Shown here one piece after another: positions 16,538 through 25,700 of a DNA stretch of 28,754 nt. Each line of letters begins with the position of its first letter. Within the stretch, counting starts at the first letter, position 1. A program made the translations under genes and the position numbers. The notes beneath the pieces are model-generated. The model was not told where the DNA came from. It saw only the letters and a list, made by a program, of their open reading frames with translations, and ran no database searches. Where the stretch lies: the IMG/VR virus record IMGVR_UViG_3300037501_000105, positions 1-28,754 of that record. One strand, given 5' to 3'. The DNA comes from a virus (lineage: Duplodnaviria; Caudoviricetes).

Positions 16538-17242
16538 ATGAGCGACCCGAGTTGCTACGGCTCCCTCCAGGTCTGCGCCCTCCGAGTGGCGCTCCTGGGA
16601 GCGAACGGCGTGCCGCTGGCCGGAGCCGAGAACGGCTACGTCACGCACTCCCTGATCTCCGTCGACGTCGGCATCGAGCTGTCCGAGGGAGACGACCTGG
16701 AGAAGAAGAACGGCTGCGGCGCCGTCTGCCAGACGTTCAAGGACTGCGACCACATCAAGCGAGCGAACCTCGGGCTGGCGCTCTGTGAGCTCGATATCCA
16801 GCTCGCCTCGATGCTCGTCGGCGGCCAGCTCTTCGCCAAGACCGGCGCCCCGGGCTCCGGCGACACGATCGGCTGGGAGCTGCCGTCCGTCTCGGACGAC
16901 TGCCCGAACGGCGTCTGCTTCGAGGTCTGGACGAAGGCGTGGGACTCGTCGCAGCAGGCGACGCCCGACGCCCTCGGGAACGCCGCCGCCTACTGGCACT
17001 GGGTGTTCCCTCGGGCCAAGTTCCAGCTCGACGACATGACGATGGAGAACGACTTCCTGGACTTCTCCCTCACGGGCTTCGGCGAGGAGAACTCGAATAT
17101 GAGCGCCGACGGGCCCTACGGCGACTGGCCTGCGGACATCGCCTCGGGCGGCGGCATCGTGACCGTCGGCGGGATCTTCCTCGACGACACGCTGCCCGAC
17201 GCCGAGTGCGCGTTCATCGAGGTCCCGACGCAGTCGAGCTGA
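16538..17242 (+). CDS. Major tail (tube) protein
   Basis: RVxLLxxxG, KNGCGxVC, LALCELD, FEVWTKA and YWHWVFP. Size and position fit cluster-B-like tail tubes. Confidence 0.85.
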   Translation: MSDPSCYGSLQVCALRVALLGANGVPLAGAENGYVTHSLISVDVGIELSEGDDLEKKNGCGAVCQTFKDCDHIKRANLGLALCELDIQLASMLVGGQLFAKTGAPGSGDTIGWELPSVSDDCPNGVCFEVWTKAWDSSQQATPDALGNAAAYWHWVFPRAKFQLDDMTMENDFLDFSLTGFGEENSNMSADGPYGDWPADIASGGGIVTVGGIFLDDTLPDAECAFIEVPTQSS

Positions 17243-17252
17243 TCGACGGTAG

Positions 17253-17297
17253 GCCCTCGCCGGGAGACGTCCAGCGCCGTTCGTCTCCCGGCCGGGC
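17253..17297 (+). terminator. GC-rich hairpin after major tail gene (terminator/attenuator)
   Basis: GCCGGGAGACG(17259-17269) pairs with CGTCTCCCGGC(17282-17292), extended by GCCC/GGGC. Confidence 0.7.
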
Positions 17298-17315
17298 TCC
17301 CGTGAAGGAGGAGAC

Positions 17316-19256
17316 GTGATCCCAGCAGCCTGCCGGTCCGAGAGCCCGGCCGAGTTCTACGCCGAGAACGGCGTCTATCCGGTGCTGGACTACGTCGCCT
17401 CCGGGACGGACCCGGTCGACGTTCGGCGAGGGCTCGTCGACGCGACCGACGCGATCCAGGCGGCCGCTGCGGACGCGATCGCCGAGGGAGGCGTCCTCCT
17501 CTTCCCGAGCGCGGCTCGGCTCCGCTACTCGGATCTGCTGTTCCACGCTCTGACGCCGGTCGCCGCCGTGGGCGGCCCGTGGTCGTCGACCAAGCTGATT
17601 CCGGACCCGTCCTACAACGGCCCGGCGATGATCTTCGAGGACATCTATCGGAACGGCGAGGGCCAGGTGAACGACCTCACGGTCGACCTCGACGTCTGGA
17701 AGATCGCCGCCGTCGTCGAGGGCCTGACGTTCGTCTCCGAGGACTGGAGCGACGAGCACCACGGCGTCTGGTTCGTCGGGCGGACCGACCTCGCCTACGT
17801 CGCGCACACGTACTTCATGCTGATGCGAGGCGTCGCCCTCTCGATCTGCGCGGCCGGGTCGAGCACGAACGACTTCATGCGGGAGTGCTACCTGAACCAT
17901 CTCCGCTTCGAGCAGTGCGGCGATTGGGACGGCTCCGGGTTCGCCGCCGCGACCGTGAACACGAAGAGCGGAGCGGGCGACGGGACGAACCACCTGACCT
18001 GGAACCAGCTCGAGTTCGTCTACAACAACGGGCCTTTCCACATCTTCAACGAGGCGGGCGCCTCGGAGACGGAGCGGCGTCTGACGATCAACGACCTCAT
18101 GCTGCACGGGAAGGGCTCGGCCGCGACGGCGCAGGCCCACGACCTGATGATCCTGGAGGGTCGCCTCCTCGACGTCGTCGTCGCCCGGATGAAGACCAAC
18201 AGCTCCTCGGCCGGGCAGTTCTCGGTCCTGATCCGGGCGGACGGGAACGGCGACTACCCGAAGCAGGTCGCGTTCCCGGAGTGCTCGCTCTCGAACGCCC
18301 CGGGCGGAGGGTTCCATATCGAGCGGTGCGGAGCCCTGACGATCTCCGGGAAGAGCCAGGGCGGCGCAGCTGTGCTAGAGAACGAGGTCCAGGTCGACTC
18401 GGGCGCGCTCGACGGAGGCGTCACCATCGAGATCGAGGCGGCGCCGACGTTCGACACGCCACGCAACATCGAGATCGCCGCCGACCAGTGGGACCTTGTC
18501 TCCGGGATCGTGGGCCCGGTCGGGAACGAGCGGAAGTTCGAGGAGATCGACCCGCGCGGCGCCCCGATCCTCCACTCGATCGTCGGGTCGACCTCGTCGG
18601 CGATAGCGACGATCGGTGGCGGCGCTCAGGCCAACGGGACCGTCTCCGGAGCGTCCGATACGACGCTCGGCTGGGCGAACAACTGGGTCACGTCGGGCGG
18701 AGCGAACGCCGACGCCGGACCGAACTCGACGGCGCAGCTGTTCATGCCGGGCGCGTCCGCTCAGGACGTCGGCGCCGGGTGCCGATTCCGGGTCCGCGGG
18801 TTCCGAGGTCCGGACGCCTCCTACAACGAGAGCGGCGCCGGGACCGGCTGCCGGATCTTCGTGGGCCTCTCGAACCAGAACGTGGCGACGTCGGTCGGGT
18901 CGGACGACCCGGCCGGTCACCGCGCCGGGTTCCAGCGGATCTCGGTGAACGGCGGCAAGACCCAGACCAACTGGCAGATCTCGACCAAGGACAACGTGAC
19001 GGAGGATCTCGTCGACACAGGCGTCCCGTTCGTCGCCGGGAACGTCTACGACCTGGAGCTCGCGCTGCTCCCGGGCTCGGTCGGCGTCTGGTGGCGGATC
19101 ATCGACTGGACGGCGGAGACGATCACGACGGGCACGACGACCGACCGCCTCCCGGGCGAGGGCGTCGCCCTCCGGATGATGGCGGTCCTCCGCTCCGTGA
19201 ACGCCGTCGCCCGGAACCTTCAGCTGGTCTCGCTGACGGCGCGGAGCCTGTCGTGA
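17316..19256 (+). CDS. Putative beta-helix spike/depolymerase-like protein with C-terminal lectin-like domain
   Basis: AAGGAGG SD. DATDAIQAA...GGVLLFP resembles the N-terminal cap of pectate-lyase-like beta-helices. Asn/Gly-rich beta-strand pattern. Confidence 0.6.
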   Translation: MIPAACRSESPAEFYAENGVYPVLDYVASGTDPVDVRRGLVDATDAIQAAAADAIAEGGVLLFPSAARLRYSDLLFHALTPVAAVGGPWSSTKLIPDPSYNGPAMIFEDIYRNGEGQVNDLTVDLDVWKIAAVVEGLTFVSEDWSDEHHGVWFVGRTDLAYVAHTYFMLMRGVALSICAAGSSTNDFMRECYLNHLRFEQCGDWDGSGFAAATVNTKSGAGDGTNHLTWNQLEFVYNNGPFHIFNEAGASETERRLTINDLMLHGKGSAATAQAHDLMILEGRLLDVVVARMKTNSSSAGQFSVLIRADGNGDYPKQVAFPECSLSNAPGGGFHIERCGALTISGKSQGGAAVLENEVQVDSGALDGGVTIEIEAAPTFDTPRNIEIAADQWDLVSGIVGPVGNERKFEEIDPRGAPILHSIVGSTSSAIATIGGGAQANGTVSGASDTTLGWANNWVTSGGANADAGPNSTAQLFMPGASAQDVGAGCRFRVRGFRGPDASYNESGAGTGCRIFVGLSNQNVATSVGSDDPAGHRAGFQRISVNGGKTQTNWQISTKDNVTEDLVDTGVPFVAGNVYDLELALLPGSVGVWWRIIDWTAETITTGTTTDRLPGEGVALRMMAVLRSVNAVARNLQLVSLTARSLS

Positions 19257-19951
19257 GCGTCGGCGGCTGCCGCTCATGCGGCTCCGCCTCGACGCCGTCC
19301 TGTACCGACCGGGCTCCGATCGTCGCGACGTCGGCGGGTGGCGCTGAGGGTCGGCTCCTGTTCGCCGACACGGGCGAGAGGACGATCGAGCTGCCGAATG
19401 GGTGGCGTCGGACCGCTTCCGGGATCTCGGGCGTCTACGAGGACGTGAGCGGGCACACGGACCAGATCCCGCCCGAGTTCGGCGTCCTCCTCGGAGGGTT
19501 CGGCTACCGGGTCGCCTGCCGGTGCGCTCCGTCGTCCGGTCTCTACGTCGAGGGTTCCGTCGACCGTCCGGTCGGCGACGAGCCCGGAGCGTTCGTCGGC
19601 TGGTGCGACTACCTCGCCCCGCTCGACGAGATACTCGACGCGACGGTCCTCGGCGTCGTCTGGATCACCGGGTCGGACCCGGCCGTGGTCCGCACGTCGG
19701 GAGGGTCCCTGTCGTTCACGGCGTTCTCGACCCTCGACGCCGGGCGAGTTCAGCCGGTGCGAGGAGACGTCGTCCGCGCCGAGTTCACGCCGAACGTCGG
19801 CGGAGGTCGGCTCTCCTGCTACGTCGAGAGCACCCTCTGGGGCTATACGGACGGTCTCGGCACGACGACGTTCCGCTACGCCGGGATCATCGGAGCCGAC
19901 CTCGGCGTCGGCGCCCAGCTCTACGACGAGTTCACCTGCGGCTGCCTCTGA
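19253..19951 (+). CDS. Hypothetical beta-rich virion protein (232 aa) with Cys-rich termini
   Basis: GTGA-coupled start at 19253 (real part of track ORF 17579..19951). Begins MSVGGCRSCG, ends FTCGCL. Confidence 0.75.
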   Translation: MSVGGCRSCGSASTPSCTDRAPIVATSAGGAEGRLLFADTGERTIELPNGWRRTASGISGVYEDVSGHTDQIPPEFGVLLGGFGYRVACRCAPSSGLYVEGSVDRPVGDEPGAFVGWCDYLAPLDEILDATVLGVVWITGSDPAVVRTSGGSLSFTAFSTLDAGRVQPVRGDVVRAEFTPNVGGGRLSCYVESTLWGYTDGLGTTTFRYAGIIGADLGVGAQLYDEFTCGCL

Positions 19952-19956
19952 GCAGC

Positions 19957-19962
19957 TACGCT
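19957..19962 (+). promoter_or_regulatory. Candidate leaderless -10 (TACGCT)
   Basis: 7 nt before GTG 19970. No SD. Confidence 0.5.
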
Positions 19963-19969
19963 GACGCCC

Positions 19970-20794
19970 GTGAGGCTCTGTGACGACTGGTGCTCCGTCG
20001 AGGACGTCCTCGGCGACTCGGGCCCCTGCTGCGGCGACGCTCCGGACGCCGACAAGGTAGCGATGGCGATCATCCTCTCCTCGTCGATCCTCTGGGGTCT
20101 GACCGGCGAGAGGTTCGGAGGGCTCTGCGAGCAGACCGTCCGGCCGTGCTCCCGCTACGAGAACGGCGGGCCCGCCTGGCCGAGGATGGCGTCGAGCTAC
20201 CCGCCCGACCTCCAGGGCTGGGCGTGGAACTCCTCCTGGGGTGTCTGCTCCTGCCAGCGAGGCCGGGCCTGCGGCTGCTCTCGCCTCTCCGAGATCACGC
20301 TCGGCGCCTACCCGGTCGAGGAGATCCTCTCGGTCACGATCGACGGCGTCGAGGTCGACCCGTCCGCCTACCGACTCGACGAGCGCCGCTGGCTCGCCCG
20401 GGTCGACGGCGACGTCTGGCCGTGCTGCCAGGATCTCGCCGCGCCGCTCACGGCGGAGGACACGTTCGGCGTCCGCTTCTCCTGGGGTGAGCCGATCCCG
20501 GAGGGAGGCGTCGTCGCCGCCGCCGTGTTCGCCTGCCAGCTCGCTCGGTCCTGGTGCGGTCAGGAGTGCGAGCTACCGTCCCGCGTCTCGTCGATCACCC
20601 GGCAGGGCGTGACCGCCTCGTTCAACTCGCAGGGCCAGCTCGCCCGAGGCGGCTACACAGGCGTCGAAGTCGTCGACGCCTGGATCCGCGCGATCAACGG
20701 CGGAGACCGTCCGCCGACGCCGATGCAGATCGTCTCGCCTGACATCGGCCGGCGTCTCCGCTCCGCTTCCGACAACGATCCGGCCGGGTCCTGA
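19970..20794 (+). CDS. Head-to-tail adaptor
   Basis: LWGLTGERFGGLCEQTVRPC, WPCCQDL, LPSRVSSITRQGV and TGVEVVDAWI are typical of cluster-B-like adaptors. Confidence 0.85.
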   Translation: MRLCDDWCSVEDVLGDSGPCCGDAPDADKVAMAIILSSSILWGLTGERFGGLCEQTVRPCSRYENGGPAWPRMASSYPPDLQGWAWNSSWGVCSCQRGRACGCSRLSEITLGAYPVEEILSVTIDGVEVDPSAYRLDERRWLARVDGDVWPCCQDLAAPLTAEDTFGVRFSWGEPIPEGGVVAAAVFACQLARSWCGQECELPSRVSSITRQGVTASFNSQGQLARGGYTGVEVVDAWIRAINGGDRPPTPMQIVSPDIGRRLRSASDNDPAGS

Positions 20795-20795
20795 G

Positions 20796-21221
20796 ATGGT
20801 CGCCACGGTGACCTCTCTCCGGGAGAAGGTCGTCCAGCGCGGCGCGCAGCTCTTCTCGGAGGCGCTCGCCGAACTCACCTACGAACTCGACCGGGTCGTG
20901 CCCGACTCGGGCGGCGTCCCGGCGAACGGCGAGAAGCTGAGGGCGTCCCGGCTGATCATGGAGCGACCGTTCGATGGCCGGACCTTCTCGGCCGCGATCA
21001 CCTACACGGCGCCGCAGGCGGAGTACACGGAGCGAGGGACCGAGCCTCACGTCATCGAGCCCGGCCGCCCGTCCAAGGCCCTCCACTTCTACTGGCCGAA
21101 GATCGGCGGGATGGCGACGTTCGCCCGGGTGAACCATCCGGGATCGCACAAGCATGATGGCTGGTTCGCCTCCGCTCTCGCTGAGTGGCCGGAACTCCTT
21201 GACAGGGTCGCGCAGCGATGA
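20796..21221 (+). CDS. Neck/tail-completion protein (HK97 gp10-like)
   Basis: AEYTERGTEPHVI, KALHF and FARVNHPG motifs. Position fits. Confidence 0.72.
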   Translation: MVATVTSLREKVVQRGAQLFSEALAELTYELDRVVPDSGGVPANGEKLRASRLIMERPFDGRTFSAAITYTAPQAEYTERGTEPHVIEPGRPSKALHFYWPKIGGMATFARVNHPGSHKHDGWFASALAEWPELLDRVAQR

Positions 21222-21694
21222 GCTCGCCGCCCGACCCTCAGCTGATCGCCGATGCCTGCGACGACCTCCTCGGCGCCGTCGCTCTCGCACTCGACACGTA
21301 CGGGAACGGCGCGCCGTCCCGCCAGTTCGTCTCGCACGGTCCGCCCGCTTGGGACCTCTGCGAGGCCGACCAGCTCACGGTCCACGCGGCGTCGACGATC
21401 GTCCGGCAGGACCAGTCGTCGAGGGTTCGAGGCCAGTCGCAGCTCCAGGTCGCTCTTCACGCTCAGCTCGTCCGCTGCCACCCGGCGCTCTCCGACTCGG
21501 GCCCTCCGACCGTCTCGGCGATGGACGACGCCGCTCACGGCCTCCTCGTCGACCTCGGAGCGATCGAGGGCGCCGTCCTCGCCTCGCCTCCGTTCGCCGA
21601 CTGCTGGGCCGTTCAGTGGGGCGCTGCGGTCCCTCTCGGCCCGCAGGGAGCGATCGCTGGGTGGGACTGGACCGTGACCCTCACTCTCGGCTGA
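21218..21694 (+). CDS. Putative tail terminator
   Basis: PAWDLC, LVRC and PLGPQGAIAGW. Lies between the neck gene and the chaperone. Confidence 0.6.
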   Translation: MSSPPDPQLIADACDDLLGAVALALDTYGNGAPSRQFVSHGPPAWDLCEADQLTVHAASTIVRQDQSSRVRGQSQLQVALHAQLVRCHPALSDSGPPTVSAMDDAAHGLLVDLGAIEGAVLASPPFADCWAVQWGAAVPLGPQGAIAGWDWTVTLTLG

Positions 21695-21713
21695 CCGGGT
21701 TCGTGCTCCGGGC

Positions 21714-21731
21714 CCTCGCCGCGGCTACGAT
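21714..21731 (+). promoter_or_regulatory. -10 TACGAT with degenerate operator-like site
   Basis: CCTCGCCGCGGCTA is a 12/14 match to CCTAGCCTCGGCTA and overlaps TACGAT (21726-21731). AAGGAGGT SD downstream. Confidence 0.5.
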
Positions 21732-21770
21732 CGCCCGCACCTACCCGGGAACGAGAGAAGGAGGTCGGGC

Positions 21771-22292
21771 ATGGCGAAGGACAAGCCCGTACCCGAGGAC
21801 CGCTGGGAGCCACAGAGCAACGGGACGATCAAGGCCGTTATCGGCGGCGAGAGGTTCCGCCTCCGCCGCCCGACGATCGGCGAGCAGCGAGAGTTCGTCG
21901 AGCGTCTCGAAGAGATCGCCGACGAGCAGACGCAGTTCAACGAGAAGGTCCGGGCCGCGGCCGACGCCGCCGCCGCGGGCGACCCGGACCCGAACGGGCT
22001 CACGGCCGCGACGCTCCGCTCCGAGCGCCGCGCCGCCGAACGTCACGCCGAGGAGGCGCTCCTCGGGTGGTGGCGACGGGTGATCTCGACGCTGGAGACC
22101 GACGGCGCCACGCTCCCGGAGGACGACGACGATCTCCCGTCCTGGCTCCTCGGCCCGCAGCTCACCGCCGAGACCCGGCGCGTCTGGCTCCAGATCCCTT
22201 GGGGGCCTGGTGGGAGCCCGAGCCAGCAGGAAGCAGCGAAGGCGACCCGGCAACTTCAGGGCGCGCTCTCGGCACTCCAGACCCGGAGCTGA
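21771..22292 (+). CDS. Tail assembly chaperone (gpG-like)
   Basis: Strong SD. FRLRRPTIGE. First of two overlapping ORFs before the tape measure. Confidence 0.8.
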   Translation: MAKDKPVPEDRWEPQSNGTIKAVIGGERFRLRRPTIGEQREFVERLEEIADEQTQFNEKVRAAADAAAAGDPDPNGLTAATLRSERRAAERHAEEALLGWWRRVISTLETDGATLPEDDDDLPSWLLGPQLTAETRRVWLQIPWGPGGSPSQQEAAKATRQLQGALSALQTRS

Positions 22293-22732
22293 TCGCTTCC
22301 CTCCCTCCAGGCCCTCTTGCTGGCCGCGATCTAGAGATGTTCGCCGACGTCTACCGGGCGATGGCGGAGCGCGGGTTCGGGCCCGAGCAGGTCGACCGCT
22401 GGGACTGGTATCAGCTCCGCTCGGTCCTCGGCCAGCATCGCCACCCGGACTACTGGAAGGCGTGGACGGACGCGCTCCGGGAGAAGTCAGAGGCCGAGTT
22501 CGAGGAGCGCCAGCTCCAGCTCGAAGCGGAGAGAGGACCCTCCCGTCGAGGCGGGCGCGGTGTACCATCACGCGGTGCCCGCTCCGCTCTTCCCGGGAAT
22601 CGTCTCGCCCGCTCCAAGAGCCTCTTCGATGCTCGACGCGCCGCCGCTCGCGGTGAACGTCCCGAGCCCGAAGCGGCCGCGCCGAAGGGCGCCGGAGTCG
22701 GCATGGTCGCCGGGTTCCTCCGAGGCGGCTAG
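22196..22732 (+). CDS. Tail assembly chaperone -1 frame extension (gpT-like)
   Basis: The -1 frame is open across the gpG stop. GFGPEQVDRWDWYQL is gpT-like. No SD before ATG 22337. Candidate slip site CCCTTGGGGG at 22196-22205. Confidence 0.62.
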   Translation, partial: PLGAWWEPEPAGSSEGDPATSGRALGTPDPELIASLPPGPLAGRDLEMFADVYRAMAERGFGPEQVDRWDWYQLRSVLGQHRHPDYWKAWTDALREKSEAEFEERQLQLEAERGPSRRGGRGVPSRGARSALPGNRLARSKSLFDARRAAARGERPEPEAAAPKGAGVGMVAGFLRGG

Positions 22733-22735
22733 CTG

Positions 22736-25700
22736 ATGCCGATCGGTGACGAGGTATCCCTCGACATCGGTGCGGCGCTCGACGCCGTCGAGAGTCTCGG
22801 CTCCGCCCTGACCGACGCCGTCTCCTCGTTCCGGACGGAACTCGACGAGGCCCTCGCCGGGCTCGCGACCGTCACGATCGAGGGCGACGCCTCCTCGGTC
22901 TCCGAGTCGATCGTCGAGGCCGTCGAGAGCGCCGACACGATCGTCCCGATCGAGGCGGACGTCGAGGCGTTCGGAGGGTCGATCGACGAGGCCCTCGCCG
23001 GGATCGCCTCGACCATCCCGGTCGAGGCGGACACCTCGCAGCTCTCCGCGGAGATCGAGGCTGTCACGGGAGAGCCTCAGGTCGTCCCGGTCGTCGCCGA
23101 CACGTCTGGTCTCTCGACGACGACGACGGACGCCCAGCAGGCATCTCAGAGCCTCGACGACGTCGGCAACAGCGCCATCGCCGCAGCGGGAGGGCTCGCG
23201 ACGTTCTCCGGGTCCGGAGGGCTCGGCGCCGCCTCCGGGGCCCTCTCGAAGGTGCCCGGAGTCGCCCTCCCCGCGGGAGCGGCGATCGGCGTCGTCACGG
23301 CGGCCGGTGACAAGTTCTTCAACTCGGCGGTCAACGCTAACGCTGCGACCGAGCGGTTCAATCAGACCTTCGGCGAACTCTCCTCCGAGGTCAACAACGT
23401 CAACGTCGGGACGCTCGATCAGAGCCTCGCCGACCTGAACCTCTCTCTCGGCTCCTCGACGTCGCAGGTCCGGAACGTCCTCTCGACGTTCGGGCAGCTC
23501 GGCCAGTCCTCGGGTCGATCCGCCGAGGACATCGCGCTCGCCTCCGAGCAGCTCACCGCTCTGTCGGCCCGAGCGGTGGCGCTGAACCCGAACCTCGGCT
23601 CCGTCGGCGACGTCGCCGATCGGCTGTCGACGGCGCTCGCCCGAGGCGGCCGCTTCGCCGGGAACTTCGGCATCACGCTCACGTCCGCCGAGATCGAGAC
23701 CCGGGCCCTCGCCGATACCGGAAAGCGGACCGCCGCCGAGCTGACCCAGTTCGACAAGGCGGCGGCGGGCGCAGCGATCGCAGCGGAACGCTACGGCGAC
23801 TCCCTCCAGACCGATATCGCGAAGGGAGCCGAGAGCCCGATCATCCAGCTCCGGTCGATGCAGGCCGAGTTCGCCAAGTTCACGACGGCTCTCGGCCAGC
23901 CGCTGATCGCCCCGGTCCTCGGCATCCTCGACTCGCTCCTCCCGATCGCCGAGTCCGCGGCGAACGTCCTCGGCGCGCTCGCCGCCGCGTTCGCGCCGAT
24001 CCTCGACGCGGCGCTCTCCGCTCTCCAGCCGCTGATCGGCGGCGTCCTCAACACGTTCGCCGACATCGTCTCCTCGCTGACGCCGCTCTTCGAGAACGTC
24101 TCCGTGCAGATCACGTCGATCCTCGGTCCGGCGCTCGAAGGTCTCGGCCCGCTCTTCGAGTCGATCGTCGGGCTCTTCGGCGCGCTGGTCGGCGCAGTCC
24201 AGCCGCTCCTCCGGCTCATCCAGCCGCTCGCCGAGCTGTTCGGAAACGTCCTCGGCTTCTTCGCCGAGGGCGCCGCTCTCGCCCTCGGTGCCGTCGTCGA
24301 CGTGATCTCGCTCCTCGTCACCAAGACGGGCGAGGTTGTCTCCGATCTGATCCAGCCGCTGATCGACCTCGGCGCTCAGCTCGGGCTCATCGACGAGGCG
24401 TCCTCCTCTGCGGCGGAGGCCCAGCGCGAGTACGCCAAGAACGTCGAGGCGACGATCGGCTCCGTCGACGAACTCGCCGGGAGCCTCGCCGACGCCCGCG
24501 CCGGGTTCGAGGAGTACGTCCTCACGCAGTCGAAGTTCGCAGGCGACCCGGCGCTCCTGAACCAGCTCCGACGGACCGGCATCTCGTTCGATGAGCTCGC
24601 CACCCAGAGCGGCAACCTCGACGCCGGTCTCAAGGCTCTCACGGCCCAGGCGATCAAGGCCGGGCAGGTTCAGATCAACGTCGGCGGCGTCGAGCAGTCG
24701 GCGGAGGACATCAAGAACCTCGACGGCTCCCTGACTGCGCTCCTCAACACGGAGGGCACCCAGGTCGTGACCGGAGACTCGCTCCTCCGAGGGTTCATCG
24801 ATCTCACGACCCAGACGGAGGCGCAGGCCCAGGCGAACTACGACCTCATCGCAGCCCAGCAAGGGCTTACCGACGAGCAGCTCGCAGCGATCGGCGTTCA
24901 GGCTCAGCAGCAGTTCGGCGTCGACTCGTACACCAACCGCCTCCAGGTGCTCGCTCAGCAGCAGGCCGTGACGACGGAGCAGCAGGCGGCGAGCAACGCG
25001 ACGCTCGGCTCGAACGCCGCGGCGTGGACGGCGCTGACCCAGGCGGTCGCCTCCGGCGCCGTGACCGAGCAGCAGGCGGCCCAGGCGGCGCTCGCGCTCG
25101 GCGTCGACGTGCAGACGGCGACCGGGTTCATCCAGGCGAGCCAGCAGGCTATCGACGCGTTCGTCGCGAACGCCGTCTCGAAGATCCCGACGGTCTCCAC
25201 CGTGTTCGACGATCTGAACGAGGCGACGAGCCCGACGGACCCGCAGTCCCTGGCGAACAACCTGAACGCTGCGACGCTCTCGGCGCTGACCTTCCAGGCG
25301 AACATCGACACGATCCGCCAGAAGTTCCCTGAGGTCGCAGCGCTCCTCCAGGAGAAGGGACCCGAGGCGGCGGGCGCGTTCGCTCAGACGTTCCTCGCGT
25401 CGGGCGAGGTCGTCCAGACCGAGCTGGAGAAGGCCATCGTGGCGAACAAGGGAGCGATCTCCGCTATCGAGACGGACCTCCGCTCCTCGATCTCAGGCTC
25501 GTCGGCCGCGGCGTCGCAGCTCGGCAACGAGGTCTCGACCCAGCTCGGCCTCGGCATGGACTTCTCCGGCGTGACGGAGGAGCAGGTCGCCGAGATGACC
25601 GGCAAGCTCGGAGAGGCGGGCGTCATCGACCCGGCGAAGGCCACGGCCGGGTCGACTGGCGAGTCGATCGGCGCCGCGCTCGCGTTCGGGATGGGCACGG

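Noticed and set aside
17579-19252. First 558 codons of the 790-aa track ORF
   Set aside because: Arg/Pro-rich off-frame shadow of 17316-19256. The real gene starts at coupled GTG 19253.
22575-22736. 53-aa ORF from GTG 22575 ending in a TGATG overlap with the tape measure start
   Set aside because: Pro/Ser-rich and fully nested in the gpT-like frame. Only the upstream -10-like hexamer is kept as a weak note.
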